This document shows positions 27,582 through 38,069 of a DNA stretch of 64,000 bases, piece after piece (position 1 is the stretch's first letter; each line of letters opens with the position of its first letter). The stretch comes from an uncultured Acidimicrobiales bacterium (GTDB lineage: Bacteria; Actinomycetota; Acidimicrobiia; Acidimicrobiales; JANYDT01), in the NCBI GenBank assembly GCA_963763885.1, contig CAVXQD010000001.1, forward strand, positions 497,262 to 561,261, written 5' to 3'. The notes beneath the pieces were generated by a model that saw only the letters and a list, made by a program, of their open reading frames with translations, was not told the origin of the DNA and ran no database searches. The translations under genes were made by a program, and so were the position numbers.

Positions 27582-28526
27582 CTACTCCGTTTCGGTAGCG
27601 ACGACTGATTTTGCAGGCTTTGGAGCTTTCTCTCGCTTCTCGACCTTGGCTACTCCGTTCTCGTTGACTGCAACGCGGTATCTCGGACCTGGCACGATGA
27701 CGCCGTCGAGGGCAGGTTGCAGCGGGACCTTGGGGTTCAACTGCCGCAATGCCGAGGTAAGGATGCTGAGTACCGCGTAATTGCGATACCACTTTCGGTC
27801 CGCTGGGACAACGAACCACGGTGCACAATCCGTGCTGGTTTCTTCAAGCGCCTCTTCATAAGCGCGCTGATAAGGCGTCCAGAGCTTGCGATCGTCGAGG
27901 TCGCCAAGGCGAAACTTCCAGCGCTTCGACGGATCGTCGATGCGCTCCTGCAGTCGCTGCCCCTGCTCTTGCGCAGAAATGTGCAGCATCACTTTGATGA
28001 TGGTTGTTCCACCTGCCGCCAGATTCTGTTCGAAGTCACGAATGAGGCCGTAGCGCCGACGCCAAACTGCCTCTGGTGCAATCTTGCGGACCCGAACGGC
28101 GAGCACGTCTTCGTAGTGCGAGCGATTAAAGATTCCAATGTGGCCGCGTGGAGGCGTTTCTTTGTGGATGCGCCAAAGAAAATCGTGTGCCAGCTCATCT
28201 TCGGTTGGAACGTTGAACGACGCAACCCTGACGCCCATTGGGTTGACGGCGCTGAACACAGCCTTGGCTGTCCCATCCTTGCCGCTTGCATCCATTCCTT
28301 GGAGCAACAGCAGTACGGACCTTGATTCCTCGGCCCGTAAACGGTTTTGTAGGTCAGCAAGCTCCAACTTCAGATCGGCCGTAGCCAGTTCGGTTTGGGA
28401 CCGACCTCCAGGCGAATGCGGTGTTGATGCTGGCGAAATCTGATCGAGTCCTGGTTTGGAGCCAGGGTTTACAACCCATGGCAAGTCCAGGAGCTTGCGC
28501 ATCGGGGGGGTTCGAGGAGTCGGCAC
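27582..28526 (-). CDS. polyphosphate kinase 2 family protein
   Basis: LLLLQGMDASGKDGTAKAVF (a Walker A-like motif) and NRSHYEDVL are the PPK2 signature. Confidence 0.9.
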   Translation of the reverse strand: MPTPRTPPMRKLLDLPWVVNPGSKPGLDQISPASTPHSPGGRSQTELATADLKLELADLQNRLRAEESRSVLLLLQGMDASGKDGTAKAVFSAVNPMGVRVASFNVPTEDELAHDFLWRIHKETPPRGHIGIFNRSHYEDVLAVRVRKIAPEAVWRRRYGLIRDFEQNLAAGGTTIIKVMLHISAQEQGQRLQERIDDPSKRWKFRLGDLDDRKLWTPYQRAYEEALEETSTDCAPWFVVPADRKWYRNYAVLSILTSALRQLNPKVPLQPALDGVIVPGPRYRVAVNENGVAKVEKREKAPKPAKSVVATETE

Positions 28527-28764
28527 GACCGATCAGGCTAGTGCGTGAGTGCTCAGCCGGTTCAGAGCACAATCCGTTGCTTCGCACGCTGGGTGGTGGG
28601 AACGCCGTGGGAATGGTGAATTGCCCGGCGGGTCACGTTCACGACCTTCAGTGTCAGGACCCGCGCTTCCGAAGACATGTGTGCCTCCAGCAGCACCGTT
28701 CGCATCACCCAGCAAACCACACAGTCATTGACGCTCGAAAACGATTCGGAAAGTTCACAGAAAC

Positions 28765-29313
28765 GTGCCCCAACCCCTTCAACGCCTCGCATCAGCAGTC
28801 GGAGACCTCTCTGGTGCGACCCATCGACACGCAGTCGACCGGGGCGTAGCTGAGCATCCGTCTGCCGCACTGCAGTCACTTGCGGCAAGTACGGTCGAAC
28901 TCGCGCTTCAGTCCTTGTGGGACGGCGGTGTGCTGGTGCCCGTTGTCGCCTGGACTGCCTCTGAAGCCACCAACAGTGACGCAACCACCGCCGGAGCGTT
29001 GGCACTCGGCCTCACCCAACACCGGCTGTTTGGCGATCCGTGTCGGATTGACACGGACCTGGACCACGGGTTGCAGCTCGCACGAGCGTGTGTGGACGCG
29101 CTCAACACTGAACGCGTCCAACGGTACGTCTGGGTGTACGACGGCTATGCAGGGCAAAATCACCACGAGGCAGTGGTGCTGGAAGTAGCTGAGCGAGGGC
29201 AATCCCACGGATGGCTACTGGCAGCGCGCTATCGATTCTCTAAGCGAGGAATCAGCCTGGTGGATCGGGACATGATGGAACTAGCCACCATCCAGACGCC
29301 GTTCACCACCTGA
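28765..29313 (+). CDS. hypothetical protein
   Basis: It is the only sizeable ORF in this gap, and only its C-terminal half looks protein-like. The start is uncertain and no family was recognised. Confidence 0.35.
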   Translation: MPQPLQRLASAVGDLSGATHRHAVDRGVAEHPSAALQSLAASTVELALQSLWDGGVLVPVVAWTASEATNSDATTAGALALGLTQHRLFGDPCRIDTDLDHGLQLARACVDALNTERVQRYVWVYDGYAGQNHHEAVVLEVAERGQSHGWLLAARYRFSKRGISLVDRDMMELATIQTPFTT

Positions 29314-29329
29314 GCCCTTCACCGTCAGT

Positions 29330-29782
29330 TCAGGCGCCGTAGTAGCGGAAGACCAACTCGGCGACGCATGACGGTTTTGTGGCGCCTTCAACTTCGAAGA
29401 CTGACTCCACGGTCACCTGGATTCCACCAGCAACCTCTTCGACGTTCTTGATGGTGGCGCCAAGCCGAAGGTTGCTGCCGACTGGCACGGGTGACGGGAA
29501 GCGAACCTTGTTGGCTCCGTAGTTGACTCCCATTGCCACCCCTTCGACCTGCAGAACTTCAGCAAGAAGTGTTGGGGCAAGGCTGAGGGTGAGGTAGCCG
29601 TGAGCAATTGGACCGCCAAATGGGCCCGACTTTGCTCGCTCCACGTCAATGTGGATCCACTGATGGTCTCCTGTGGCATCTGCGAAACGATTCACCTGGT
29701 CTTGTGAAACGTTATGCCACGACGAGTACCCGAGGTGCTGGTCGATGTGGTCCCTGATCGAAGCAAACTGGATTCGTGTCAT
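29330..29782 (-). CDS. MaoC-like (R)-hydratase / dehydratase
   Basis: 150 aa with the hot-dog fold pattern FADATGDHQWIHIDVERA...GPIAHGYLTLSL. Confidence 0.85.
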   Translation of the reverse strand: MTRIQFASIRDHIDQHLGYSSWHNVSQDQVNRFADATGDHQWIHIDVERAKSGPFGGPIAHGYLTLSLAPTLLAEVLQVEGVAMGVNYGANKVRFPSPVPVGSNLRLGATIKNVEEVAGGIQVTVESVFEVEGATKPSCVAELVFRYYGA

Positions 29783-29896
29783 GGCCCAACCCTACGAGCC
29801 ATTCCTGCCGCAACAAAATGTGCTCGCCAAACAGTGCATGCCACGATTGAACGAACCGCTCGGTCGAGCCTGAGTAGCCTGTGAACAGGTTGATCG

Positions 29897-31006
29897 TTAC
29901 GACGACGATCCGGACCGTGCAGCGAGTTGACCGCAAGCGGCGTCGATGTCTGTCCCGCGATTGCGTCGAACGGTTGCATTGACTCCCTGCAACTCCAGTT
30001 CGTCTCGGAAGCGGTGAACGTGCGCAAGCGCCGAGCCCACGGTGGGCCAACCGGGCGTTGGATTGAGCGGGATCAGGTTGACGTGAGCGCCGAGCGAACC
30101 GGCGAAGTCAGCCAGCTCCAGGGCGTCCGAGTAGCGATCGTTGACAGCGTCGATCATGGCCCATTCGATTGAGAGTCTTCGGCGCGTTTCTGTGACGTAA
30201 CGCTGGCAGGCGTCGTGCAGCGATTGGAGTGGATAGGTGCGATTGATGGGCACTAACTCATTGCGCAAGGTGTCGTTAGCCGCATGGAGCGACACTGCAA
30301 GGTTGACCGGAAGCGGCGCCTGGGTGAGCCGGTCGATCCCCGGCACGATTCCGACCGTGGATACCGTGAGATGCCGGGCGGAGAGCCCCAGGTCATCGTG
30401 AATTCGTTCGACAGAAGCCCACACCGGGTCGAAATTGGCGAGCGGTTCGCCCATCCCCATAAACACAACGTTGGAGAGTCGCCTTCCAGATTCTTCGGCG
30501 CGCCGTCGTGCACGAACCACCTGCTCGACAATCTCGCCGGTGCTGAGGTGCCGGGAGAACCCCGCCTGGCCGGTCGCACAGAACCCACACGCCATGGCGC
30601 AGCCGGCCTGGGTGGACACACAGACGGTGGTTCGGTCCGTGTAATGCATGAGCACAGTTTCGATCCGGTGGCCGCCTTCAAGGTGGAACACCCACTTGAC
30701 GGTCTTGCCGCCCTCGCTTGCCTGCTCGTCGACCGGGTCCAGTGCGTTACGCATCTCTGGAAGTTCAACCAGCTTGGCTCGCAGCGCCTTCGGCAATGCG
30801 GTCATATCTTGTGGTTCCGCCAGCGCGGTGTGGAGGCCATGCCAAACCTGGTCTACCCGATACGTGGGTTCGCCTTCGAGGAGTTTCGCCAGCGTGGCGC
30901 GGTCCAAGTCATAGCGCGAGCCGAGGCGATGCAACTTTGCACCCGGGGTCCTGAACGCGATTGGAACCGCAGCAGATGCGGAATCGGTTCCGTCTACGGA
31001 GGTCAT
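29897..31006 (-). CDS. rlmN: 23S rRNA/tRNA (adenine-C2)-methyltransferase, radical SAM
   Basis: The radical-SAM cluster motif is CVSTQAGCAMACGFCATG, with GMGEPLAN and a C-terminal DIDAACGQL. Confidence 0.93.
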   Translation of the reverse strand: MTSVDGTDSASAAVPIAFRTPGAKLHRLGSRYDLDRATLAKLLEGEPTYRVDQVWHGLHTALAEPQDMTALPKALRAKLVELPEMRNALDPVDEQASEGGKTVKWVFHLEGGHRIETVLMHYTDRTTVCVSTQAGCAMACGFCATGQAGFSRHLSTGEIVEQVVRARRRAEESGRRLSNVVFMGMGEPLANFDPVWASVERIHDDLGLSARHLTVSTVGIVPGIDRLTQAPLPVNLAVSLHAANDTLRNELVPINRTYPLQSLHDACQRYVTETRRRLSIEWAMIDAVNDRYSDALELADFAGSLGAHVNLIPLNPTPGWPTVGSALAHVHRFRDELELQGVNATVRRNRGTDIDAACGQLAARSGSSS

Positions 31007-31162
31007 CGGTTACGCCCGAAGAACGCAGCCACCACGATGACTATCGATGCGCCCGCAATAACGACGAGAAACCCATTTGCGCTCACCAACTAAGAATAGA
31101 GGCAGAGGGATCGCCCCGATCCGAGATGAACCCGTTTGACAACGAATGATCACAACGGCTGA

Positions 31163-31357
31163 TCACGAACGGCTGATCATGCGCTGGAGCCGACGGTGCG
31201 CCTGTCCAATCGAAGAGGCAAGCATGTGCAGTTCCGCTGACTGCTGATCACCACGATCCGTGCCCTTCAACCCATCACCCACGTTGTCGAGGCGGGCAGC
31301 GATGGTCTCCAGAGTAGACACGATGGCGGAGAGCTCGGCTGCAGGGAGTTGTGACAT
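31163..31357 (-). CDS. small hypothetical protein
   Basis: MSQLPAAELSAIVSTLETIAARLDNVGDGL... is helical. There is no recognisable family and support is weak. Confidence 0.3.
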   Translation of the reverse strand: MSQLPAAELSAIVSTLETIAARLDNVGDGLKGTDRGDQQSAELHMLASSIGQAHRRLQRMISRS

Positions 31358-31466
31358 CAACCCATTGTGGTCCCAACCGGCCCGCCACGTCCGCACGGGC
31401 CTGGTGTCCGCCACGTTCGCACGCTGTCGGAACCTTCGAAGGCAGCAGATCACCGGCTACTAGAGT

Positions 31467-32591
31467 TTGTCCATGCCTGAGGTGCCAGTTGTTCCGCTTG
31501 TTCCGGCTCGTCCGGAGATCAGTGCGATGGTTGGTTACCACTCGCCACAGGTGCCGTGCAGCGTCCGGTTGAACACCAACGAGAGCCCGTTTGCTCCACC
31601 GGCAGCCTGGCAAGAGGCGCTTGCCGACGAGATCGCATCCACGGATTTTCGCCGTTACCCAGACCGATCTGCTTCGGCGTTACGTGCGGCGCTGGCAACC
31701 CATCACGGCGTCTCGGCGAGCCAGGTGTTTCCTGCCAACGGCTCTAACGAAGTTCTGCAGACCATCTGCCTCACGTACGGCGGCGCAGGTAGAACAGCGC
31801 TGGTCTTCGAACCCACCTACGCGATGCATCGGCAAATCGCGCGCACTACCGGAGCCCACGTCGCCGATGGTCCTCGGCTTGCAGACCTCACCATCGACCC
31901 TGAGCAGGCGGTTGCTGCCATCCGCCAGCACAATCCGGCAATCGTCTTTCTCTGTTCGCCTAACAACCCAACCGGTCTTATCGAGAGTCGTGCCGTCATC
32001 GAAGCTGTGTTGGACGCTGCAACGGGTGTAGTGGTTGTGGACGAGGCGTACGGGCAGTTTGCAAACTGGTCAGCAATCGAGCTTGTTAACGAACAATCCG
32101 CGTTGTGCGTTGTCCGGACGTATTCAAAGACCTGGGCTATGGCCGGCGCCCGGCTCGGATACGCACTCGCGCCCCGGTGGATGATCGAAGAATTCAACAA
32201 AGTGGTGTTGCCATACCACCTCGACTCCATGAAGCAGGCGGCCGGACGCCTCGCGTTGCGCTACGAAACCGACATGCGCGCTCGCGTCGTGGAACTTGTG
32301 ACCCAACGTGGACGCATCCTCGACGGGTTGGCTTCGTTGCCGGTCACGGTGTGGCCTTCGCAGGCAAACTTCGTGCTCTTCCGACCCGATCAAGCGTCCG
32401 CTGATTCGGTGTGGGACGCACTTGTGGAACGAGACGTGCTGGTCCGCAACTGTTCTTCCTGGCCAGGTCTTACCAATTGCCTCAGAGTCACGGTCGGGAC
32501 CGGAGCCGAGAACGACGCATTTCTTGAAGCGCTTGGTGAATCACTCCAAGTTGTCGGTGCACCACGACAGACTGCGGCGGTCTCACGATGA
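31467..32591 (+). CDS. hisC: histidinol-phosphate aminotransferase
   Basis: Motifs are LNTNESP, YPD, NPTG and RTYSKTWAMAGARLGY (the PLP lysine). Confidence 0.93.
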   Translation: MSMPEVPVVPLVPARPEISAMVGYHSPQVPCSVRLNTNESPFAPPAAWQEALADEIASTDFRRYPDRSASALRAALATHHGVSASQVFPANGSNEVLQTICLTYGGAGRTALVFEPTYAMHRQIARTTGAHVADGPRLADLTIDPEQAVAAIRQHNPAIVFLCSPNNPTGLIESRAVIEAVLDAATGVVVVDEAYGQFANWSAIELVNEQSALCVVRTYSKTWAMAGARLGYALAPRWMIEEFNKVVLPYHLDSMKQAAGRLALRYETDMRARVVELVTQRGRILDGLASLPVTVWPSQANFVLFRPDQASADSVWDALVERDVLVRNCSSWPGLTNCLRVTVGTGAENDAFLEALGESLQVVGAPRQTAAVSR

Positions 32592-33211
32592 ATGCAGCAT
32601 CGGCTGGTCGTTTCGCCGCACGGGAACGCCGCACCGCAGAAACCGACATCCGCGTCGAGATCAACCTCGATTCGTCGCTGCCCACCGAGGTGTCGACCGG
32701 AATCCCGTTCTTCGATCACATGCTGCACCAACTGGGCAAACACGGTGGATTCCAACTGCATGTTCGTTGCAACGGCGACCTCCACATAGACACGCATCAC
32801 ACCATTGAAGATGTCGGAATCGCAATTGGTGAGACCCTCCGCGAAGCGTTAGGCAACAAGGCAGGCGTCCGTCGTTTTGCGTCAATTGCAGTTCCGTTGG
32901 ACGAAGCGTTGATCGATGTCGCCGTTGATCTGTCCGGCCGTCCTTTTTTGGCGTACGAAGTCGACGTTTCGGGCGGAACCGGTCAGACCTTCTTGCTGGG
33001 TGAACCCGGATTTGACCCACAGCTTGCTGAAGAGTTCTGGCGTGCGTTTGTGACAGCCGCTGCCATCACGCTGCACATTCGCATGGTGTCTGGCCGCAAC
33101 ACGCACCATATTTTGGAAGCAACATTCAAAGCCGTTGCGCGGGCGCTTCGAGACGCCGTCCGAGTCGAGCCTGGCTCCTCAGCAGTGCCTTCCACCAAGG
33201 GCGTCCTATGA
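32588..33211 (+). CDS. hisB: imidazoleglycerol-phosphate dehydratase
   Basis: ATGA overlap with hisC. Motifs are RTAETDIRVEINLD, GIPFFDHML and HHTIED. Confidence 0.95.
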   Translation: MNAASAGRFAARERRTAETDIRVEINLDSSLPTEVSTGIPFFDHMLHQLGKHGGFQLHVRCNGDLHIDTHHTIEDVGIAIGETLREALGNKAGVRRFASIAVPLDEALIDVAVDLSGRPFLAYEVDVSGGTGQTFLLGEPGFDPQLAEEFWRAFVTAAAITLHIRMVSGRNTHHILEATFKAVARALRDAVRVEPGSSAVPSTKGVL

Positions 33212-33221
33212 GGTGTCGACA

Positions 33222-33908
33222 GTGACCGATCGCCTGACCAATCGCCTCACGCGGATCGCCATCATCGACTACGGCATCGGCAACCTTCGTTCGGCGGAAA
33301 AGGCGCTGCAACGCGCCGGTGCCGACGCTTTCCTCACGTCAGATGCTTCGGAAATTGAGTCCGCCGACGCGGTGGTTCTGCCCGGCGTGGGCGCAATGGG
33401 TCGTTGTATGGAGGCGTTGGCGTCGTCTGGTCTGCGCCAGCCGGCGCTTGATGCAATCCAGTCCGGGCGGCCCTTCCTGGGCGTGTGCGTTGGGATGCAG
33501 ATGCTCCATGCCGGCTCCACCGAACATGGCGGGGTTGAGGGCCTTGGCGTGTTCGACGCAATTGTCCGCCTTATCGAGCCTCTTCCCGAAGACGGCCAGC
33601 GCTTGAAGGTTCCGCACATGCAGTGGAATCGACTGGTGCGTAATGCACCAAGCGCGCTTATCGATGGTGCGGCCATCGACGGCGAAAAGTGGGTGTACTT
33701 CGTTCACTCGTTTGCCGCTGAGGTACATGCCCACGTGGTGGCAACTGCCGAGTACGGAGGTCCCGTCTCGGCCGTTGTGGAGCACGGCAACGTCATGGGA
33801 ACTCAATTTCATCCAGAGAAGTCAGGCTCGCACGGGATCGCCATTCTCCGTTCGTTTGTTGCGCTCTCCCAGACCGCTGGCGCTGCCCCTCAGTCATATG
33901 CACGCTGA
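33222..33908 (+). CDS. hisH: imidazole glycerol phosphate synthase, glutaminase subunit
   Basis: GTG 33222. Motifs are IAIIDYGIGNLRS, LGVCVGMQ (the catalytic Cys) and FHPEKS. Confidence 0.93.
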   Translation: MTDRLTNRLTRIAIIDYGIGNLRSAEKALQRAGADAFLTSDASEIESADAVVLPGVGAMGRCMEALASSGLRQPALDAIQSGRPFLGVCVGMQMLHAGSTEHGGVEGLGVFDAIVRLIEPLPEDGQRLKVPHMQWNRLVRNAPSALIDGAAIDGEKWVYFVHSFAAEVHAHVVATAEYGGPVSAVVEHGNVMGTQFHPEKSGSHGIAILRSFVALSQTAGAAPQSYAR

Positions 33909-34713
33909 CAAGCTGCTGCAGCCAGAAGCACGCCCGGCGCGGTCGTGTGAGTTGTTTCCGGCCATTGACCTGTTGAACGGATCTTTTGTTCGGCTGGCCC
34001 AAGGGGACTACGAACGTCGAACCGTCTACGGCGATGACCCCGCGACAATCGTGGCTGGGTTCATCACGGCAGGCGCAAAGTGGATTCACATCGTGGATCT
34101 CAATGCCGCTCGTGGAGAAGGGCCGGTCAATCGTCCGCTCATCGGACGCTTGACCGCACTCGCCGCAGAATCTGGTGCGCTTGTCCAAACAGGTGGCGGC
34201 GTACGTACGGCGGCGGATGCGGAAGCGCTCTTCGAGGCCGGTGTCGCCCGCGTCGTGGTGGGAACTGCAGCGGTCAGAAACCCTGATGTGATCAACGAAA
34301 TCTCTGCGTTGGGCGGCGGTGCGGTTGCTGTTGGGTTGGATGCGCACCTCCGACCCGATTCAGGCTGGGACGTAGCGGTTCAGGGATGGACCCAGGCAAG
34401 CGGCAAAGGTTTGCTTGATGTGCTTAACCAGGCGGTTGGCAACGGCGCCACAGCGGTGGTTGCTACAGACATCTCCCGAGACGGAATGCTTACCGGGCCG
34501 TCGTTGCCGTTGTACACAGAGCTGCTCGGTCACCGTCTATTGCACGGCCTGGAGTTCGACATCATCGCAAGCGGAGGCGTATCCGGACCTGACGACGTCG
34601 CCGAACTGGCTGCTCTGCCGGGAATGGACGGGGTCATCGCTGGTCGTGCCATCTACGAAGGTTTGCTCGACGTGGCTACAGCGGTGCAGCTCTGCCGTCG
34701 CGGCCAGTCCTAG
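33898..34713 (+). CDS. hisA: ProFAR isomerase (HisA/PriA family)
   Basis: Motifs are LFPAIDLLNGSFVRL, HIVDLNAA, QTGGGVR and IASGGV. The start overlaps the hisH end. Confidence 0.9.
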   Translation: MHADKLLQPEARPARSCELFPAIDLLNGSFVRLAQGDYERRTVYGDDPATIVAGFITAGAKWIHIVDLNAARGEGPVNRPLIGRLTALAAESGALVQTGGGVRTAADAEALFEAGVARVVVGTAAVRNPDVINEISALGGGAVAVGLDAHLRPDSGWDVAVQGWTQASGKGLLDVLNQAVGNGATAVVATDISRDGMLTGPSLPLYTELLGHRLLHGLEFDIIASGGVSGPDDVAELAALPGMDGVIAGRAIYEGLLDVATAVQLCRRGQS

Positions 34714-34768
34714 GTCCACATACGAATGCTCCACTTCATAAGCACCCGATGCCAGCATTGAGACTCTC

Positions 34769-35428
34769 GTGAGAATTGTCGTCGCCCGTTGCACGGTGCG
34801 TTACGAAGGACGGTTGGAATCGGTTCTGACCGAAGCAGTACGCCTGATCATGGTCAAGGCCGATGGTTGCGTAGCCATTCACGCCGATTCCGGCGCCTAC
34901 AAACCGCTGAACTGGATGAACGCTCCCAACACGCTGTCGACAGGTTCAGACGAGTGGACGGTGACCAATCCCAAGGGCGAGGTTCTTCGCATCGAACTCC
35001 ATCACGTCATGAGTGATTCAGCTCACGACCTCGGCGTAGAACCAGGTTTGGACAAAGACGGAGTAGAAGCTCAGCTCCAAGTTCTCTTGGCCGAGCGCAC
35101 GGACTCAATCGAACCTGGCATGACGTTGGTCAGACGTGAGTTCCCCACACCGATCGGGCCGGTCGATCTGCTCTGCAAGGCTGAGGACGGGGCAACAGTT
35201 GCGGTGGAAATCAAACGCCGTGGCGACATCGACGGAGTGGAACAACTGGCTCGATATCTGGAAGAACTCAACCGTGACAGTCGCATCGCCCCTGTACGTG
35301 GCGTCTTCGTCGCCCAAGAGATTCGTCCGCAGGCGAAAGTTTTGGCAGAACGTCGAGGTATCTCGTGGGTTGAGGTTGACTACGACGAGCTACGAGATCG
35401 GCCAAGCAACGTCCTCCGACTCTTTTAG
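34769..35428 (+). CDS. nucS: endonuclease NucS (EndoMS, mismatch-specific)
   Basis: [20 protein letters not shown]...[12 protein letters not shown]...YKPLNWM...GPVDLLC...AVEIKRR is a full-length NucS pattern. Confidence 0.92.
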   Translation: MRIVVARCTVRYEGRLESVLTEAVRLIMVKADGCVAIHADSGAYKPLNWMNAPNTLSTGSDEWTVTNPKGEVLRIELHHVMSDSAHDLGVEPGLDKDGVEAQLQVLLAERTDSIEPGMTLVRREFPTPIGPVDLLCKAEDGATVAVEIKRRGDIDGVEQLARYLEELNRDSRIAPVRGVFVAQEIRPQAKVLAERRGISWVEVDYDELRDRPSNVLRLF

Positions 35429-35458
35429 TCCCAACCCCCTCACTTCCCCGAGGACTGC

Positions 35459-36523
35459 ATGCACCGGAATCTGAATAGACCAGGTCAGTCTCGCTTGCCC
35501 ATCGCGCTGGTGATCGGCGCCTGTGGTGTGTTGCTCGCTGCCATCTCCGTCTTGGGAAGCGCCCCTGTCAGTGCTGCGTCGCCAGCGAAGGTCAGCAAGA
35601 AACCCAGTCGCCAAGCGCTCACCGCTGTAGTTCCTGGGTCGTCGACCCAGCTCATCGTCGGTATCGTCGACGGTTGGAACGACCGTGACGTTGTCCTTCA
35701 TCGTTTCGCCCGCAAGCCCGGAAAGGAATGGTCCGAAGTTGGACGCTCCTGGGACGGCCGTCTTGGGTCGCAAGGAGTCGCGTGGGGGCGAGGACTGCAC
35801 CCGCATCAGCCCGTCCCGGTTGGAGCGAAGGACAAAGAAGAAGGCGACCAACGAGCACCTGCAGGTGTGTTTCGCCTCGGTACGGTCTTTGGCTACGCCC
35901 CAGAAGTACCCCACCCGGACTCAACGACCTATGTGCAGGTGACGGATCATGACCTGTTGGTCGAGGACCCGCGGTCCCCGCTGTACAACACCTACGTGCG
36001 CCTTGACCATCCGGCAGCATCAGAGTGGGAAATCGCCAACCGTATGACTTTGGGCGACCCGGCACACGAGCTGAAGGTGTTTGTACACCACAACACGGAC
36101 CCAAGCGCTGTGTCCGGGAAGGGGAGTGCAATTCTGTTGCACATCAGCCGACCATCGGAACGCTCCTACACGGCGGGCTGTACGGCAATGTCGAAGGACA
36201 AGATGTACGAGACCGTTGCATGGCTCGACGGGGATCGTAAGCCCCTTTACGTTTTGCTCCCGCAAAATGAATACAACCGCGTCGCATCTGCATGGGGGCT
36301 ACCAGCGCAGCTAGTGACGCAAGCGAAGCAGCCGTCAACCTCAGTTACGACGACGCATGCTGCACCAGTTGCTGCAGCGCCCGACACCCGCAAGGGTGTA
36401 ATTACGCCGACCACCGCAAAGGTGGTTCGCATCCCGGTCAGCCCGTCACCAACCATCCCGGTGGGGACGCGACCTCGTACGCCCTCCTCTCTGCCCTCTC
36501 GCCTGGCGAAGCCCAAAGCCTAA
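35459..36523 (+). CDS. secreted L,D-transpeptidase-like (YkuD fold) protein
   Basis: The signal peptide is LPIALVIGACGVLLAAISVLGSAPVSAA. The catalytic-type motif is ILLHISRPSERSYTAGCTAM (H...GC). The tail is Pro/Thr-rich. Confidence 0.7.
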   Translation: MHRNLNRPGQSRLPIALVIGACGVLLAAISVLGSAPVSAASPAKVSKKPSRQALTAVVPGSSTQLIVGIVDGWNDRDVVLHRFARKPGKEWSEVGRSWDGRLGSQGVAWGRGLHPHQPVPVGAKDKEEGDQRAPAGVFRLGTVFGYAPEVPHPDSTTYVQVTDHDLLVEDPRSPLYNTYVRLDHPAASEWEIANRMTLGDPAHELKVFVHHNTDPSAVSGKGSAILLHISRPSERSYTAGCTAMSKDKMYETVAWLDGDRKPLYVLLPQNEYNRVASAWGLPAQLVTQAKQPSTSVTTTHAAPVAAAPDTRKGVITPTTAKVVRIPVSPSPTIPVGTRPRTPSSLPSRLAKPKA

Positions 36524-36533
36524 AATGACCCAA

Positions 36534-36563
36534 CCCGATTCAGCCCGATTCAGCCCGATTGAG
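36534..36563. repeat. 10-bp tandem repeat, 3 copies (cccgattcag, cccgattcag, cccgattgag)
   Basis: Read directly from the sequence. It lies in the spacer between the ldt-like gene and hisF. Confidence 0.8.
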
Positions 36564-36579
36564 GCAGTAACCTCACTTT

Positions 36580-37365
36580 GTGAGGACTGTTCGGGTGATC
36601 CCGTGTTTCGACGTTGATGGGGGTCGAGTTGTAAAGGGCGTCAATTTTGTTGGCCTCCGAGACGCCGGCGACCCGGTCGAACTGGCAGCAAGATACGACG
36701 CGCAGGGAGCCGACGAAGTGGTCTTCCTCGACATCACCGCAACGTCGGACAATCGGGCGACAATGCTCGACGTGGTACGCCGCACGGCGGAAGCGGTGTT
36801 CATCCCGCTTACGGTTGGCGGAGGTATCCGGACCGTGGCCGATGCCAGAGCACTGCTTCGCGCTGGTTGCGACAAAGTGTCCATCAACTCATCCGCCGTT
36901 GCTCGCCCCGAGTTGATTGCAGAACTGGCGCTCGAGTTCGGATCCCAGGCGGTTGTGGTGTCGATCGACGCGAAACGCGGGGCAGATGGCTACGAGGTGT
37001 ATGTTGCGGGCGGCCGCACCGCTACCGGTTTGGATGCGGTGCAGTGGGCTCAACAAGCAGCGGCTCTTGGGGCCGGAGAGATCATGTTGACCTCAATGGA
37101 CCGAGACGGTACCCGAGACGGATTTGACCTTCAACTGACTCGCTTGGTTGCAGACGCAGTTTCCGTTCCGGTGATTGCTTCGGGTGGCGTCGGCTCGCTG
37201 CAACATCTCGTCGAAGGTGCGCTTGAAGGGAAGGCCGATGCCGTCCTTGCGGCAAGCATCTTCCACTTCGGCGAGGCCACCATCGCAGATGCAAAAGCCG
37301 CGCTGAGCGCCGCCGGTGTGCCCGTCCGACCTGCCCCGCACACAAGCCCGCAGCACAACTCCTGA
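36580..37365 (+). CDS. hisF: imidazole glycerol phosphate synthase, cyclase subunit
   Basis: Motifs are [34 protein letters not shown] and IASGG. Confidence 0.95.
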   Translation: MRTVRVIPCFDVDGGRVVKGVNFVGLRDAGDPVELAARYDAQGADEVVFLDITATSDNRATMLDVVRRTAEAVFIPLTVGGGIRTVADARALLRAGCDKVSINSSAVARPELIAELALEFGSQAVVVSIDAKRGADGYEVYVAGGRTATGLDAVQWAQQAAALGAGEIMLTSMDRDGTRDGFDLQLTRLVADAVSVPVIASGGVGSLQHLVEGALEGKADAVLAASIFHFGEATIADAKAALSAAGVPVRPAPHTSPQHNS

Positions 37366-37375
37366 AGGTCACACC

Positions 37376-38056
37376 GTGAAACCCAGCACTGTCCATCGCA
37401 ATCCCGACGAATTGCAACGCCTCTACGGCGAACGATTCGAAGGACAGACCGAATATCGCAACGGAGTATGGCAGCGACTGTGCAACGAGTACTTCAGCCG
37501 ATGGATCCCGCCAACTGCCGTTGTCCTCGATCTCGGCGCAGGGCATTGCGAGTTCATCAACAATGTGCGTGCGGCCAAGAAGTACGCCCTCGACCTGAAC
37601 CCCGACGCAGCCAAGGCCGCTGCATCCGACGTTGAGTTGATCCTCCACGACTGCACGTTGGAATGGCCCATCGAGCCCGGATCCATCGACGTGATCTTCA
37701 CCTCGAACTTTCTCGAACACCTTCCGGACAAAGACGCAGTGGTCGAAGCACTTCGGCAGGCTCATCGGGTACTCAAGCCTGGTGGTCGGATCATTGCAAT
37801 AGGGCCTAACGCTCGCTATGTCGGAGGGAAGTATTGGGACTACTTCGATCACCACATCGCGCTCACGGACCGCTCCCTTGCGGAGGCGTTCTCGTCTGCG
37901 CAGTTCGCGGTCACGGCGTCAGTTGGTCGCTTTCTTCCGTACACCATGTCTGGAGGTCGGAAACGACCTCTCGCCTTTGTGTCTGCGTACCTCCGGTTGC
38001 CTTTGGTATGGAAGCTGCTCGGGCAACAGTTTCTGGTCGTGGCGGAGCGCCGGTAG
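37376..38056 (+). CDS. class I SAM-dependent methyltransferase
   Basis: GTG 37376. Motif I is VVLDLGAGHCEF, followed by LKPGGRIIA. Confidence 0.8.
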   Translation: MKPSTVHRNPDELQRLYGERFEGQTEYRNGVWQRLCNEYFSRWIPPTAVVLDLGAGHCEFINNVRAAKKYALDLNPDAAKAAASDVELILHDCTLEWPIEPGSIDVIFTSNFLEHLPDKDAVVEALRQAHRVLKPGGRIIAIGPNARYVGGKYWDYFDHHIALTDRSLAEAFSSAQFAVTASVGRFLPYTMSGGRKRPLAFVSAYLRLPLVWKLLGQQFLVVAERR

Positions 38057-38069
38057 GGTGACGGCTCCC

